From positions 949,622 to 1,013,621 of the forward strand of contig CAWBDE010000003.1 of the NCBI GenBank assembly GCA_963787595.1: 64,000 nt of DNA, in the 5' to 3' direction. The notes below the pieces were generated by a model. It made no database searches. It was not told where the DNA came from and worked only from the letters and a program-made list of their open reading frames with translations. Origin of the DNA: an uncultured Actinomycetota bacterium (GTDB lineage Bacteria; Actinomycetota; Thermoleophilia; Solirubrobacterales; Solirubrobacteraceae). Made by a program: the position numbers and the translations under genes. Below, one piece after another: positions 27,968-37,290 of the stretch. Within the stretch, counting starts at the first letter, position 1. Each line of letters opens with the position of its first letter.

Positions 27968-28927
27968 TCAGGGCGCGGCGATGTTCAGGAAGTGGTGGAG
28001 GTCGCGGAGGATCCCGGCACGGTCGTGGTCGAAGCGCAAGTCGGTGAACCGGATCGGGGTCAAGCCCAGCCGCTGCAGCGCCGCATCCTTGACCCGGTCG
28101 CGCTCCATCTCCCGCGCGGCGATGTGGTAGGGCCGCCCATCGAGCTCGATCACCAGTCCCCACGCCGGCCAGTAGCGGTCGATCTCCCAGCGGTCGATGT
28201 GGACGTTGCGCTCCGGGTCGGGAATCTCCGGGTGCCGGGCCAGGAACCGGTCAAAGGCCAACTCCAGCTGCGAGGTGTGGCTTTCAATACGACGGTACTC
28301 GCCCAGCGCGGCCCGCAGTCGGCCCATCCCTGGCCAGCGCCGGTAGCGCGCCAGCGCCGCCTCCAGGCCGGCGCGTCCGTCGTGGGCATCGAGTCGCAGC
28401 AGACGTTTCTGGACGGCCACCGTGATCAGCCGCTCCAGCTCGGCCGGCGGTTCCCGGGGCGCCAGCTCGACCAGCAGGCGCCCGACGGAGCTGACCCGAA
28501 CCAGCCCGCGCATCCGGATGTCATCAGGATGCGGCTCGCGATGCGTCCGATGCAGCTGCAGATCGATCCGTCGGCGGCCTCCGGCTCCCGGCACCGTGAT
28601 CTCGATCGTGCGCCGGTTGATGGCTCGCAGACCCCAGACCGCCGCTGCTGTGCGGTGGCTCAGGAAGGAGTCGCGGCCGACACTCAGCCACCCGGCGAGC
28701 AGGTATGCCCGGTCGACGAGGTGACGGTGGCCGACGGCGTATACGTTCTGGAAGATCCGGTGCAGCCAGCCGCGCCGGTGCAGCGACTTGACCTGCTCGC
28801 ACGTAAACCCCAGCTCGTAGAGCTGCTCCGACGAGACCACCCCGAGTTGCCGCGCAGCCAGCCGCGCCAGCTCACGTGGATGGTGATTCGGGTCTCCTGG
28901 AACCGATTTGCCATCCACGTCGGGCAC
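27968..28927 (-). CDS. DUF559 (Vsr-like endonuclease fold) protein with AbiEi_4-like N-terminal wHTH
   Basis: The N-terminus is LAARQLGVVSSEQLYELGFTCEQVKSLHRRGWLHRIFQNVYAVG. The C-terminus is IDRYWPAWGLVIELDGRPYH...RDRVKDAALQRLGLTPIRF, typical of DUF559. Confidence 0.8.
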   Translation of the reverse strand: MPDVDGKSVPGDPNHHPRELARLAARQLGVVSSEQLYELGFTCEQVKSLHRRGWLHRIFQNVYAVGHRHLVDRAYLLAGWLSVGRDSFLSHRTAAAVWGLRAINRRTIEITVPGAGGRRRIDLQLHRTHREPHPDDIRMRGLVRVSSVGRLLVELAPREPPAELERLITVAVQKRLLRLDAHDGRAGLEAALARYRRWPGMGRLRAALGEYRRIESHTSQLELAFDRFLARHPEIPDPERNVHIDRWEIDRYWPAWGLVIELDGRPYHIAAREMERDRVKDAALQRLGLTPIRFTDLRFDHDRAGILRDLHHFLNIAAP

Positions 28928-28981
28928 CCACTCAACGTGACACAGAACCTGTCACGCGTGGCGCGCGGAACTGCAACTTAA

Positions 28982-29092
28982 GAGTGACAGCTACTCGGGA
29001 GTAACGGGGAGTGCGGCTACCCGGGAGTGACGGCTACCCGGGAGTGACGGCTACCCGGGAGTGACGGCTACCCGGGAGTGACGGCTACTCGG
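28982..29092. repeat. Tandem repeat, 17-bp unit x ~6.5 (gagtgacggctacccgg)
   Basis: Read directly. There is a unit at 28982-28998, a partial unit, a 16-nt unit at 29009-29024, then exact 17-mers at 29025, 29042 and 29059, and a variant at 29076-29092. The variant contains the ftsH stop codon (29085-29087). Each unit has a CCCGGG core. Confidence 0.9.
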
Positions 29093-31022
29093 CGGTGCCG
29101 CCGGCCAGCCCTGGCCGCGGCAGAGGCCGGGGAGCATCGCGCCCCGGGCGCTCGGGGGTTCCCGGCATCCGCGGCGCCTCGGGCAGCGCCGGCGCCTCTG
29201 ACCCGAAGACCTCCTCCTCGCTGCTTCCCGCCAGCAGGGACTCGAACTGAGGCTTCTCGATCGTCTCGCGCTTGATCAGGATCTCCGACAGCTTCTGCAG
29301 CTCGACCCGCTTCTCGGTGAGGATGGTCTTGGCCTGGACATGGGCCATCTCGACGATTCGGCGGATCTCGTCGTCGATCTCCCGGGCGATCTCGTCGGAG
29401 TAGTCGGGCTCGGCGCTGAACTCCCGGCCCAGGAACGGCTGCCCGTGGTCATGACCGAACACCCGCGGACCGAGCTTCTCGGACATCCCGAAGCGCATCA
29501 CCATCTGCTTGGCGGTCGCCGTCACCTTCTCCAGGTCGTTGGACGCCCCGGTGGTGATCTCCTCGAAGCAGATCTCCTCCGCGGCGCGCCCCCCGAGGGT
29601 CATCGCCATCGTGTCCTGGAGCTCGGCGCGAGTGGTCAGGAACTTGTCCTCGCCCGGCAGCGAGATCGTGTATCCCAGAGCCTGTCCCCGCGAGATCACG
29701 CTGATCTTGTGGATCGGGTCGGAGTTGGGCAGGAAGTGGCCGACGATCGCGTGGCCCATCTCGTGGTAGGCGGTGATCTTGCGCTCCTTGTTGCTCATCA
29801 CCCGGGTCTTCTTCTCCGGGCCGGCGATCACTCGCATGATCCCCTCTTCGAGCTCGTCCTGGGTGATCTCGCGCTTGCCGTTGCGGGCCGCCAGCAGCGC
29901 CGCCTCGTTGACCAGGTTCGACAGGTCGGCGCCGGTGAACCCGGGCGTCTGGCCGGCGAGCACGTCGACATCGATCTCCCGGCCGAGCGGCTTGCCGCGG
30001 GTGTGAACCTCGAGGATCTTCTTGCGACCGAGGCGGTCGGGCCGGTCGACGACGATCTGGCGGTCGAAGCGGCCGGGACGCAGCAGCGCCGGGTCCAGGA
30101 TGTCGGGCCGGTTGGTGGCGGCGATCAGGATGATGTTGTCCTTCATCTCGAAGCCGTCCATCTCCACCAGCAGCTGATTCAACGTCTGCTCACGCTCGTC
30201 GTGGCCGCCGCCGAGGCCGGCGCCGCGGTGACGGCCGACGGCGTCGATCTCGTCCATGAAGATGATGCACGGGGAGTTCTGCTTGGCCTGCTCGAACAGG
30301 TCACGCACGCGCGAGGCGCCGACCCCGACGAACATCTCGACGAAGTCAGAGCCGCTGATGCTGAAGAACGGCACGCCCGCCTCTCCGGCGACCGCGCGGG
30401 CCAGCAGCGTCTTGCCCGTCCCGGGCGGGCCATACAAGAGCACGCCCTTGGGGATTCGGGCCCCCAGGGCCTGGAACTTCTTGGGGTTCTCGAGGAACTC
30501 CTTGATCTCGTGCAGCTCCTCGACCGCCTCGTCGACCCCGGCGACGTCCCGGAAGGTGATCTTGGGCGAGTCGACCGACATCCGCTTGGCCCGCGACTTG
30601 CCGAACGACATCACCTTGGAGCCGCCGCCCTGGACCTGGTTCATCAAGAAGATCCAGAACCCGATGAAGATCACGAACGGGAGGATGTAGGTCAGCAGCG
30701 ACAGCCAGCCGTTGGAGGACTTGCTCTGGACGTTGAAGCCCTGCGCGGGCACGTCCGCCTTGGCCTGGTTGATCAGCGTCGGCGCGTAGGAGTCGGGGTA
30801 GCCGACCGAGTACTTCTGGCCGTTGGTCAGGGTGACATCGGCGGCGTTGGCCTTCTGGTCCAGCGAAAGGCTCTTGACCTGCTTGGACTGAAGCTGGGTG
30901 AGCAGGTTGCCGAACGTGTAGTTCGGGCCGTGGCTCGTGTTCCCGATCAGCTTCTGGGCGAAGAACGCCAAAACTACGACGATCAGGATCGGAAACGCGG
31001 CGCTCTTGAAAAACCGGCTCAT
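29085..31022 (-). CDS. ftsH: ATP-dependent zinc metalloprotease FtsH
   Basis: Two N-terminal TM helices, an AAA module ([20 protein letters not shown]), an SRH, and the zinc site HEMGHA. Start set at MSRFFKS. Confidence 0.95.
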
Positions 31023-31129
31023 AAATGTGAAGTCCCTGCTTGGCCCGGGCACCGTCCGCGTACTCGGTCTCTCGCGGGATACCTTGGAGAGCTAGCGTAG
31101 CACCTGGATTTGAGCTGCAAGCAGGGCCC

Positions 31130-32677
31130 TCACCGCTCCAGGGCGGCCACATAGGGAAGGTTGCGGTAGCGCTCCGCGTGGTCTAACCCGTAGCCAATGG
31201 CGAAGCGGTCCGGGATCTCGAATCCAACGTACCGGGTGTGCAGGTCGACCTTGCGCCGCTCCGGCTTGATCAGCAGCGCGCAAACCTCCAGCGATGCCGG
31301 GTTGCGTCCGGCCAGGTTGCGCAGCAGGTACTGGAGGGTCAGCCCCGAGTCGACGATGTCCTCCACGATCAGCACGTCGCGGCCCTCGATGGCGACGTCG
31401 AGATCCTTGAGGATCCGCACCACGCCCGAGGACTTGGTCGCCGACCCGTACGAGGCGACGGCCATGAAATCGACCTCGACCGGAATCTCCAGATGGCGCA
31501 TCAGGTCCGACAGAAAGAACACCGCCCCCTTGAGCACGCCGATCAACAGCAGGGTCCGGCCCGCGTAGTCACGGGACACCTCCTCGCCGAGCTCGCGCAC
31601 CCGCCGGCGGAGATCCTCGGCGGGGACGAGGATCTCCCCGATCGCGGGATCGTCGCTCACGGCTTTAGGGTAGGGGCTTCGCCCCTTGTGTGATTGCGTC
31701 GCTCCGGGCGCCGGCGCGCGCCGCGCCCGTCGCTCCCGCTCCGGGCGCCCGAGCCGCAACATCCCACTGTCCACCGTAGCCCTGACACCGGACGGAAGAT
31801 CCAGCGCGGCTCGCCCTCGGTCGGGCAGCGCCGCCACCTCGTCAGCGCGGCGGCCGACCCCGGCGGCGGGTCCGCCGGCGGCGGCGTCGGCCAGGCGCTG
31901 GACGACCAGCCGGCGCAGCGCCGGCGGGAGCCCGCGCAGCCGCGCCAGCGAGATCTCATCGCCGCCCCGGAGGACCTCGCCGACGAGCTCGTCGAGCACT
32001 GCTGCCTCCTCCCGGAGGATCTCCGCCAGCGACAGCACGTTGGCCTGCGCCGCCGGGTGGGCCCGCTCCAGCGCCGGCACCAGCTCGCTGCGGATCCGGC
32101 TGCGGGCGTAGGCATCGGAATCGTTTGACTCATCCTCGCGCCAGCTCAGGTCGTGCTCGCGGCAATAGGCGGCGGTGCTCGCGCGCGTGAAACCGAGCAG
32201 CGGCCGGATCAGGAAGGGTGGGTGGGTGCCGGTTCGCGGCGCCATCCCCAGCAACGCTCTGCGGCTCGGCGAGGACGCCAGCCGGTAGAGGATCGTCTCC
32301 ACCTGATCGGTCGCGGTGTGCCCGGTGGCGATGTCGCCGCCGCGCGCCTGGGCCAGCTCGCTCGCGGCGGCGTAGCGCCGGCCGCGCGCCCACGCCTGGA
32401 GGTTCCCCGTCTCCGGGATCTCGTGTCCGTCCACCCGGCGGACCTCGAGATCCACGCCGAGCCCCGCACACCGCTGCCGGCAGTGGCGCTCGTCCTCGGC
32501 GGCGGCCTCGCGCAGCCCGTAGTTGACGTGCAGCGCACACACCGCGGACGCCCCCGCGATCGTCACCGCGAGGTGCAGCAGGCAGGTCGAGTCCCGCCCG
32601 CCCGAGTACATCACCACCACCGGGCGTCCGAGCCGGAGCAGATCGCGGGCGCGGGCCTCACCTGACGCGTCGGTCAC
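31130..32677 (-). CDS. tilS/hpt: Bifunctional tRNA(Ile)-lysidine synthase / hypoxanthine phosphoribosyltransferase (single ORF)
   Basis: The N-terminal half has the PP-loop VVMYSGGRDSTCLL and the TilS core. The C-terminal ~180 aa is HPRT (LLIGVLKGAVFFLSDL, VLIVEDIVDSGLTL, YGLDHAERYRNLPY). There is no in-frame stop between the halves. Confidence 0.85.
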   Translation of the reverse strand: MTDASGEARARDLLRLGRPVVVMYSGGRDSTCLLHLAVTIAGASAVCALHVNYGLREAAAEDERHCRQRCAGLGVDLEVRRVDGHEIPETGNLQAWARGRRYAAASELAQARGGDIATGHTATDQVETILYRLASSPSRRALLGMAPRTGTHPPFLIRPLLGFTRASTAAYCREHDLSWREDESNDSDAYARSRIRSELVPALERAHPAAQANVLSLAEILREEAAVLDELVGEVLRGGDEISLARLRGLPPALRRLVVQRLADAAAGGPAAGVGRRADEVAALPDRGRAALDLPSGVRATVDSGMLRLGRPERERRARRAPAPGATQSHKGRSPYPKAVSDDPAIGEILVPAEDLRRRVRELGEEVSRDYAGRTLLLIGVLKGAVFFLSDLMRHLEIPVEVDFMAVASYGSATKSSGVVRILKDLDVAIEGRDVLIVEDIVDSGLTLQYLLRNLAGRNPASLEVCALLIKPERRKVDLHTRYVGFEIPDRFAIGYGLDHAERYRNLPYVAALER

Positions 32678-33033
32678 GCGGCCTTCCCCGGCCGGCGAAC
32701 CACGCCTCGTCGGTCCAGCGCCACGCCGGTTCGGCGACGCGCTCTGGGTGCGCCCCGCCCGCAGTTCGGCGACGGGGTCTCGGTGAGTGCCGGGCCCCGT
32801 CGCCCGCGGACATTACGGCCCGCTGCGTCAGCCGTAGGCACTCGTCACGTTTCCGGCGGCACCTCGCGGCCAGGCCTGGCCCGGCCACGTTCCGGCTTGT
32901 TGCCTTGAGTCGTGGTCTAGGTCTACTCGCCATCGCGCCGTATGTCAATCGCCCGCGAGCAAAATATGGGGCCCGGGCGCGGGCGGGGGCCGGTTGGATT
33001 GGTCGCGACCAGCGGAGTCTAATCTCGCGGGCC

Positions 33034-33732
33034 GTGCCCGGTCCGATCCATCTGCAGCCGACCACCTCGCTGGCCGAGCGGGTGCTGCTCCCCGGCGACC
33101 CCGGCCGCGCGCTCCTGCTCGCCCAGGCGCTGCTGCGGGCCCCGAAGATGTTCAACCACAACCGCGGGCTCTGGGGCTACACCGGCATCGCCGCCGACGG
33201 GGACCCACTGACGATCCAGAGCACCGGGATGGGGGGACCGAGCGCGGCGATCGTCGTGACCGAGCTGGCCTCGCTGGGCGCTTCGCGCCTGGTCCGGGTC
33301 GGCACCTGCGGAGCGCTGGACGGATCTCTGCGGCTGGGTGATCTGCTCGTGGTCACCGAGGCGCTGGCGGGCGACGGCACCAGCCGGGCGCTCGGCGCCG
33401 GCGAGCGGGTGACACCCGATCCTCGGGTGCGAGACCGGCTGATCGCCGCCCGCCCGGATGTGCCGCGCGGGGCCGTGGTCACCACCGACCTGTTCTACGA
33501 CGAGCGCGCCGACATCGAGCAGACGTGGCGGGCACGGGGCGCGGTCGCGGTGGAGATGGAGACGGCGACGCTGTTCGCCCTGGCCGCCCATCGCGGGCTG
33601 CAGGCGGGGGCGGCGCTGATCGTCTCGGACATCGTGGTGCCCCGTCGCCGCCGGATCGAGCCCGACGCACTGCACGAGGCCGAGCATCGACTCGGCGAAC
33701 TGGCGCTCGGCGCCCTGGCGCCGGCGACCTGA
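33034..33732 (+). CDS. Purine/uridine nucleoside phosphorylase family (PNP_UDP_1) protein
   Basis: VLLPGDPGRA, TIQSTGMGGPSAAIVVTEL, VRVGTCGAL and AVEMETATL. Start set at an in-frame GTG (VPGPIHLQ). Confidence 0.8.
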   Translation: MPGPIHLQPTTSLAERVLLPGDPGRALLLAQALLRAPKMFNHNRGLWGYTGIAADGDPLTIQSTGMGGPSAAIVVTELASLGASRLVRVGTCGALDGSLRLGDLLVVTEALAGDGTSRALGAGERVTPDPRVRDRLIAARPDVPRGAVVTTDLFYDERADIEQTWRARGAVAVEMETATLFALAAHRGLQAGAALIVSDIVVPRRRRIEPDALHEAEHRLGELALGALAPAT

Positions 33733-33737
33733 TCGAC

Positions 33738-34229
33738 TCAGACCGATTCCGCCGGGGCGGCGTCCGCGGGCGCCGGGGCAGCTGGGGCCGCGTCCGGGGG
33801 ACCCGGCGCCGGATCCGGCCGAGCCGGCGCCGCATCCGCGGAAGGCGGCGCGGCGGTCGCCCGCTCCAGACGCGTGAGCATCGTCTCGATCGCCCCCAGC
33901 CGCTCCTCAAGGCCGCGGCTGCTGTTGGCGTGCCCCAGGCGATCCTCGAGCCGATCAAGGCCGTCCTCGATCGCCTCCAGACGCTGCGACACGCTGCGGA
34001 CCCGCCGCGTCAGCCGCTCGAGGTCGCTGGCCGACGGGAGGTTCAGCGCCGCCATCGCCACCTCTTGGGCGCGCATCGCGCGCTCCCGTGTCTCGAACGC
34101 GGCCGAGACGGCGCTCGATACGACCCGATTCTCCAGCAGATCTTGGGCGAGCTTGCCGATCGCCTCCTCGCCCTGGCGGGTGACGCGGGCCTTGAGGCTC
34201 TCGAACTCGGGACTCTCGTCGGCGGTCAT
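33738..34229 (-). CDS. Coiled-coil protein, phasin/COG3937-like
   Basis: An all-helical heptad sequence with LNLPSASDLERLTRRVRSVSQRLEAIE, resembling PHA-granule phasin-type regulators. It has a Pro/Ala-rich tail. Confidence 0.5.
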   Translation of the reverse strand: MTADESPEFESLKARVTRQGEEAIGKLAQDLLENRVVSSAVSAAFETRERAMRAQEVAMAALNLPSASDLERLTRRVRSVSQRLEAIEDGLDRLEDRLGHANSSRGLEERLGAIETMLTRLERATAAPPSADAAPARPDPAPGPPDAAPAAPAPADAAPAESV

Positions 34230-34297
34230 CGCTTGACTGTACCGCCACCGGTTGGCCCGGACCGCCGCGGGGTTGGGCCGGCCAGCGCTCGGGTAGA

Positions 34298-34570
34298 CCG
34301 GTGCGAATGGGACTTCCCGGCTGCCGAGAGCGGAGCTCTAAAGCTCAACCTAAGGGTGATATCAGGCTTCTCGCTTGGTATCTGGGGGGTGGCAGCTCCG
34401 GTCACGTGCCTTCTTCGAAACTTCTTCATCCCGGGCCACAACCTGTTCAAAGACGACCGGAAGCGTTTTCCTCCCTGCAAACCGAGGAAACTCGGAATGC
34501 CCGAGAGGCGCCGTTCCGGATTGCAAACCTCCGAATCAGTCAGTAGCTTCCAACCGAGCGTCGCAGGGCC
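34298..34570 (+). promoter_or_regulatory. Structured 5' leader, candidate ydaO-type (cyclic-di-AMP) riboswitch variant
   Basis: Lower-GC leader of ~390 nt. Blocks resembling the ydaO consensus occur in the correct order:
- GCGAAUG + hairpin
- GAGCGGAG...AACC
- GGGUGAUAUC + hairpin
- GGUAUCUGGGG
- ACCUCCGAAUCAGUCAG
- AGCUUCCAACCGAGCG

UGCGA (34302-34306) can pair with UCGCA (34560-34564) as P1. The match is imperfect and has a large central insert. Confidence 0.4.
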
Positions 34571-34622
34571 TCGCTTTGCGTACTGGAGCGCGCACGGACA
34601 TGACGATTGGAGCAAAAAAGCG

Positions 34623-37268
34623 GTGTTGATCACCCGCCGTAAGTTGGTCAACGTGCTCGGGCTCGCGGGCGCGTTGCTGATCGTCATCGCGGTCGTCGGG
34701 GTTCCGGCGGCGTCCGCGGACACCTGCACGGTGACGCTCACCGTCAAGGGGGCACCCCTGTACACGTTCACGGCCGACGTCGCCCCCGGCACCTCCCCCG
34801 CCGACATTGCCCTTCCGCCCACCGCGCCGGCGGCGATCCGGGCCGCCGCCAGGTCGGCCGCCGCCGCGGGCACACTCGGGCAGACGGGCTCGTGCGCGCC
34901 GGCAACGAGCAGCAGCTCCACCACCGCGACCACCAGCACCACGACCAGCGCTCCGTCGACGTCGTCTTCCACCACCACCAGTTCACCGACCTCGACGTCA
35001 ACTTCATCCTCGTCGAGCACGACCAGCTCGACGACGACTTCTTCCAGCACCACGCCGGCTCCCTCCCGGAGCCGGCCGGAGCGGTCCTCGACCCACCAGC
35101 ACCGGCACCAGCGCCAGCACCAGAATCAGGCCAAGCCCAAGCGCCGCCACGCAAACCCCCACGGCCACCACACCGCACAGCAACCGAAGCAGGCGTCTCA
35201 CACCACCACGCAGCAACAGACCACCGGGCCGGCGGGCCCGGGCGTGCCAACCGCCAGCAACCCGACGTACTCGATTTCGACCCCGGGTCCGGCTCCGATG
35301 GGAGTCCCCAACTTCTTCATCGACTCGTTCCAGATCCCCCCGTTCCTGATCCCGATCTATCAGGCGGCCGGGATCGAGTACCAGGTTCCATGGCAGGTCC
35401 TGGCGGCCATCAACGAGATCGAGACCGACTACGGGCGCAACCTTTCGGTGTCGTCGGCGGGAGCGGTGGGGTGGATGCAGTTCCTGCCGTCGACCTGGAA
35501 GGAATGGGGCATCGACGCCAACGGGGACGGCGTGGCCGATCCCTACAACCCGGTCGACGCGATCTTCACCGCCGCCCGGTACCTGCACGCCGCCGGCGCC
35601 TCCACCAACCTCTCCAACGCGATCTTCGCCTACAACCACGCCGAGTGGTACGTGCAGTCGGTGCTGCTTCGGGCCAAGCTGATCGGCGGGATTCCGGAGA
35701 AGCTGATCGGGGCGCTGACCGGGATGGTGCAGGGCCACTTCCCGGTCGCCGCGCCCGCCAAGTACGCCGATGACTCGGTCGACGCGCTGGCCAAGAAGAA
35801 GGTCAGGGGCAGCAACGCGGCGATCGCCGTCGATTCCAGTCCGAACGTCACGGGCACCGCGATCTACGCCAAACGGGGCTCCCCGGTGATCGCCGTCAAC
35901 GACGGACGGATCGTCAAGGTCGGCAACAGCGCTCAGCTCGGCAAGTACATCGAGCTGCAGGACTCCACCGGCAACACCTACACCTACGCCCACCTCGGCT
36001 CGATCCCGCGCAGCTATCCGGTGCCCAAGCCGGTCAGCAAGAGCGCTCGCGACGTCGTCAAGGAGTTCTCGGCGTCGGCGACCAAGCAGACGGCGACGGC
36101 CGCCGCGACCGGCCGCCAGGGCGCCTCCGCCGCCACCCAGCCGGCGGCTCCAGCCTCGGCCGGCACGCAGACCCCGAGCTCGCCGAGCGCCGGCCAGGGT
36201 AAGCAGACGCCGAGCTCGTCGGGCACCGGCGCCCGGTCGGCGTCCTCCGCTTCGCACTCCTCGGTCACGCTGTCGGCGCCGATGGTCAAGGAGCGGCTGT
36301 TCGCCCACCCGGCGCGCCCGAGGTCGTTCGCCGCCGGCGGCAAGCTGCAGCTCGGCGGCTCGGTGCAGACGATCTCGAGCTTCCGGAACTACTTCTCCGA
36401 CATCCTGCACCTGCCGCGCGACCAGTACACGCTGCAAGCGCTGCGGGCCGGTTCGATCGTGGTGGCGGGAACGATCCTCGGGCGCATCGGCGGCCCCTCC
36501 CAGGGCGTGTCGTCGCACCTGAACTTCATGGTCCAGCCCGCGGGAAAGACGGCGCCGTACATCGATCCCAAGCCGATCCTCGATGGCTGGAAGCTGCTGG
36601 AGGCGACCGCGGTCTACCGGGCCTCCGGGGTGGATCCGTTCTTCGGGCCCGGCGCCAAGAATCCGACGGTGGGGCAGGTCCTGCTGATGTCCAAGCAGCA
36701 GCTGACCGAGCGTGTCCTCGTCGATCCTCACGTCCAGATCTACGCCTGCGGGCGGCGCGATATCGAGGCCGGGCTGATCGACCGCCGCGTGCTGGCGACG
36801 ATCGAGTTCTTGTCGGCCTCGGGACTGGACCCCTACGTCTCCGGCCTGAAGTGCGGCGCCGATGCCACCGCCTCGCACGGCGTCGACGCCGCCGGCGCAA
36901 CCGGATCCAGCCTCGACATCTCGAGGATCAACAACATCCCGGTGGAGGGCCATCAGGGCTCCGGCTCGATCACCGACATCGCGATCCGGCGCCTGCTGAC
37001 CCTGCAGGGCTCGATGCGGCCGAACCAGATCGTCTCGGACATCGCCTATAAGAACCAGTCCAACACGCTTGCGCTCGCCGATCACCAGAACCGCATCCAG
37101 GTCACCTTCTCACCCGACTACGGGACCAACCCGACGCTCTCCAAGCAGGTCAAGAGCATCCTGGAGCCGGGACAGTGGATTCAGCTGATCAACCGGATCA
37201 GCCAGATCCCCGAGCCGGTGGTTCCGATCGCGCCCAGCAAGTACGCACTCCGTACCTCCAACCACTGA
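34623..37268 (+). CDS. Secreted multidomain peptidoglycan hydrolase: SLT_2 lytic transglycosylase + split/degenerate M23 (LytM) domain + unknown C-terminal domain
   Basis: - Signal/TM segment (LGLAGALLIVIAVVGVPAASA), then Ser/Thr-rich and His/Gln-rich linkers.
- SLT_2 motifs (LAAINEIETDYG, GWMQFLPSTW, DAIFTAARYL).
- M23-like halves (GSPVIAVNDGRIV...YTYAHLGS and GSIVVAGTILGRIGG...SSHLNFMV).

GGAG lies 10 nt before GTG 34623. The upstream part of listed ORF 33525..37268 overlaps the phasin-like gene and is not coding. Confidence 0.85.
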   Translation: MLITRRKLVNVLGLAGALLIVIAVVGVPAASADTCTVTLTVKGAPLYTFTADVAPGTSPADIALPPTAPAAIRAAARSAAAAGTLGQTGSCAPATSSSSTTATTSTTTSAPSTSSSTTTSSPTSTSTSSSSSTTSSTTTSSSTTPAPSRSRPERSSTHQHRHQRQHQNQAKPKRRHANPHGHHTAQQPKQASHTTTQQQTTGPAGPGVPTASNPTYSISTPGPAPMGVPNFFIDSFQIPPFLIPIYQAAGIEYQVPWQVLAAINEIETDYGRNLSVSSAGAVGWMQFLPSTWKEWGIDANGDGVADPYNPVDAIFTAARYLHAAGASTNLSNAIFAYNHAEWYVQSVLLRAKLIGGIPEKLIGALTGMVQGHFPVAAPAKYADDSVDALAKKKVRGSNAAIAVDSSPNVTGTAIYAKRGSPVIAVNDGRIVKVGNSAQLGKYIELQDSTGNTYTYAHLGSIPRSYPVPKPVSKSARDVVKEFSASATKQTATAAATGRQGASAATQPAAPASAGTQTPSSPSAGQGKQTPSSSGTGARSASSASHSSVTLSAPMVKERLFAHPARPRSFAAGGKLQLGGSVQTISSFRNYFSDILHLPRDQYTLQALRAGSIVVAGTILGRIGGPSQGVSSHLNFMVQPAGKTAPYIDPKPILDGWKLLEATAVYRASGVDPFFGPGAKNPTVGQVLLMSKQQLTERVLVDPHVQIYACGRRDIEAGLIDRRVLATIEFLSASGLDPYVSGLKCGADATASHGVDAAGATGSSLDISRINNIPVEGHQGSGSITDIAIRRLLTLQGSMRPNQIVSDIAYKNQSNTLALADHQNRIQVTFSPDYGTNPTLSKQVKSILEPGQWIQLINRISQIPEPVVPIAPSKYALRTSNH

Positions 37269-37290
37269 CTCCGCTCCGGCGCGACCTCGG

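Noticed and set aside
27968-28927. The DUF559/AbiEi-like gene as a mobile element or toxin-antitoxin/abortive-infection system.
   Set aside because: There are no transposase, integrase, terminal inverted repeats, or partner AbiEii-type nucleotidyltransferase nearby. Stand-alone DUF559 genes are common in actinobacterial chromosomes. I kept it only as an insertion-like occupant of the folE slot.
32678-33033. The 356-bp divergent intergenic region between tilS-hpt and the nucleoside phosphorylase gene, checked for a tRNA, riboswitch (e.g. purine) or small ORF.
   Set aside because: I found no cloverleaf-compatible sequence, no recognisable purine-riboswitch core and no convincing SD-preceded ORF. 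It is probably only promoters.
33525-34622. N-terminal 366 codons of the listed 1247-aa ORF (33525..37268).
   Set aside because: This part overlaps the nucleoside phosphorylase and phasin-like genes and then the AT-richer leader. Its translation is Arg/Gly junk. A signal peptide with an SD-preceded GTG occurs at 34623.
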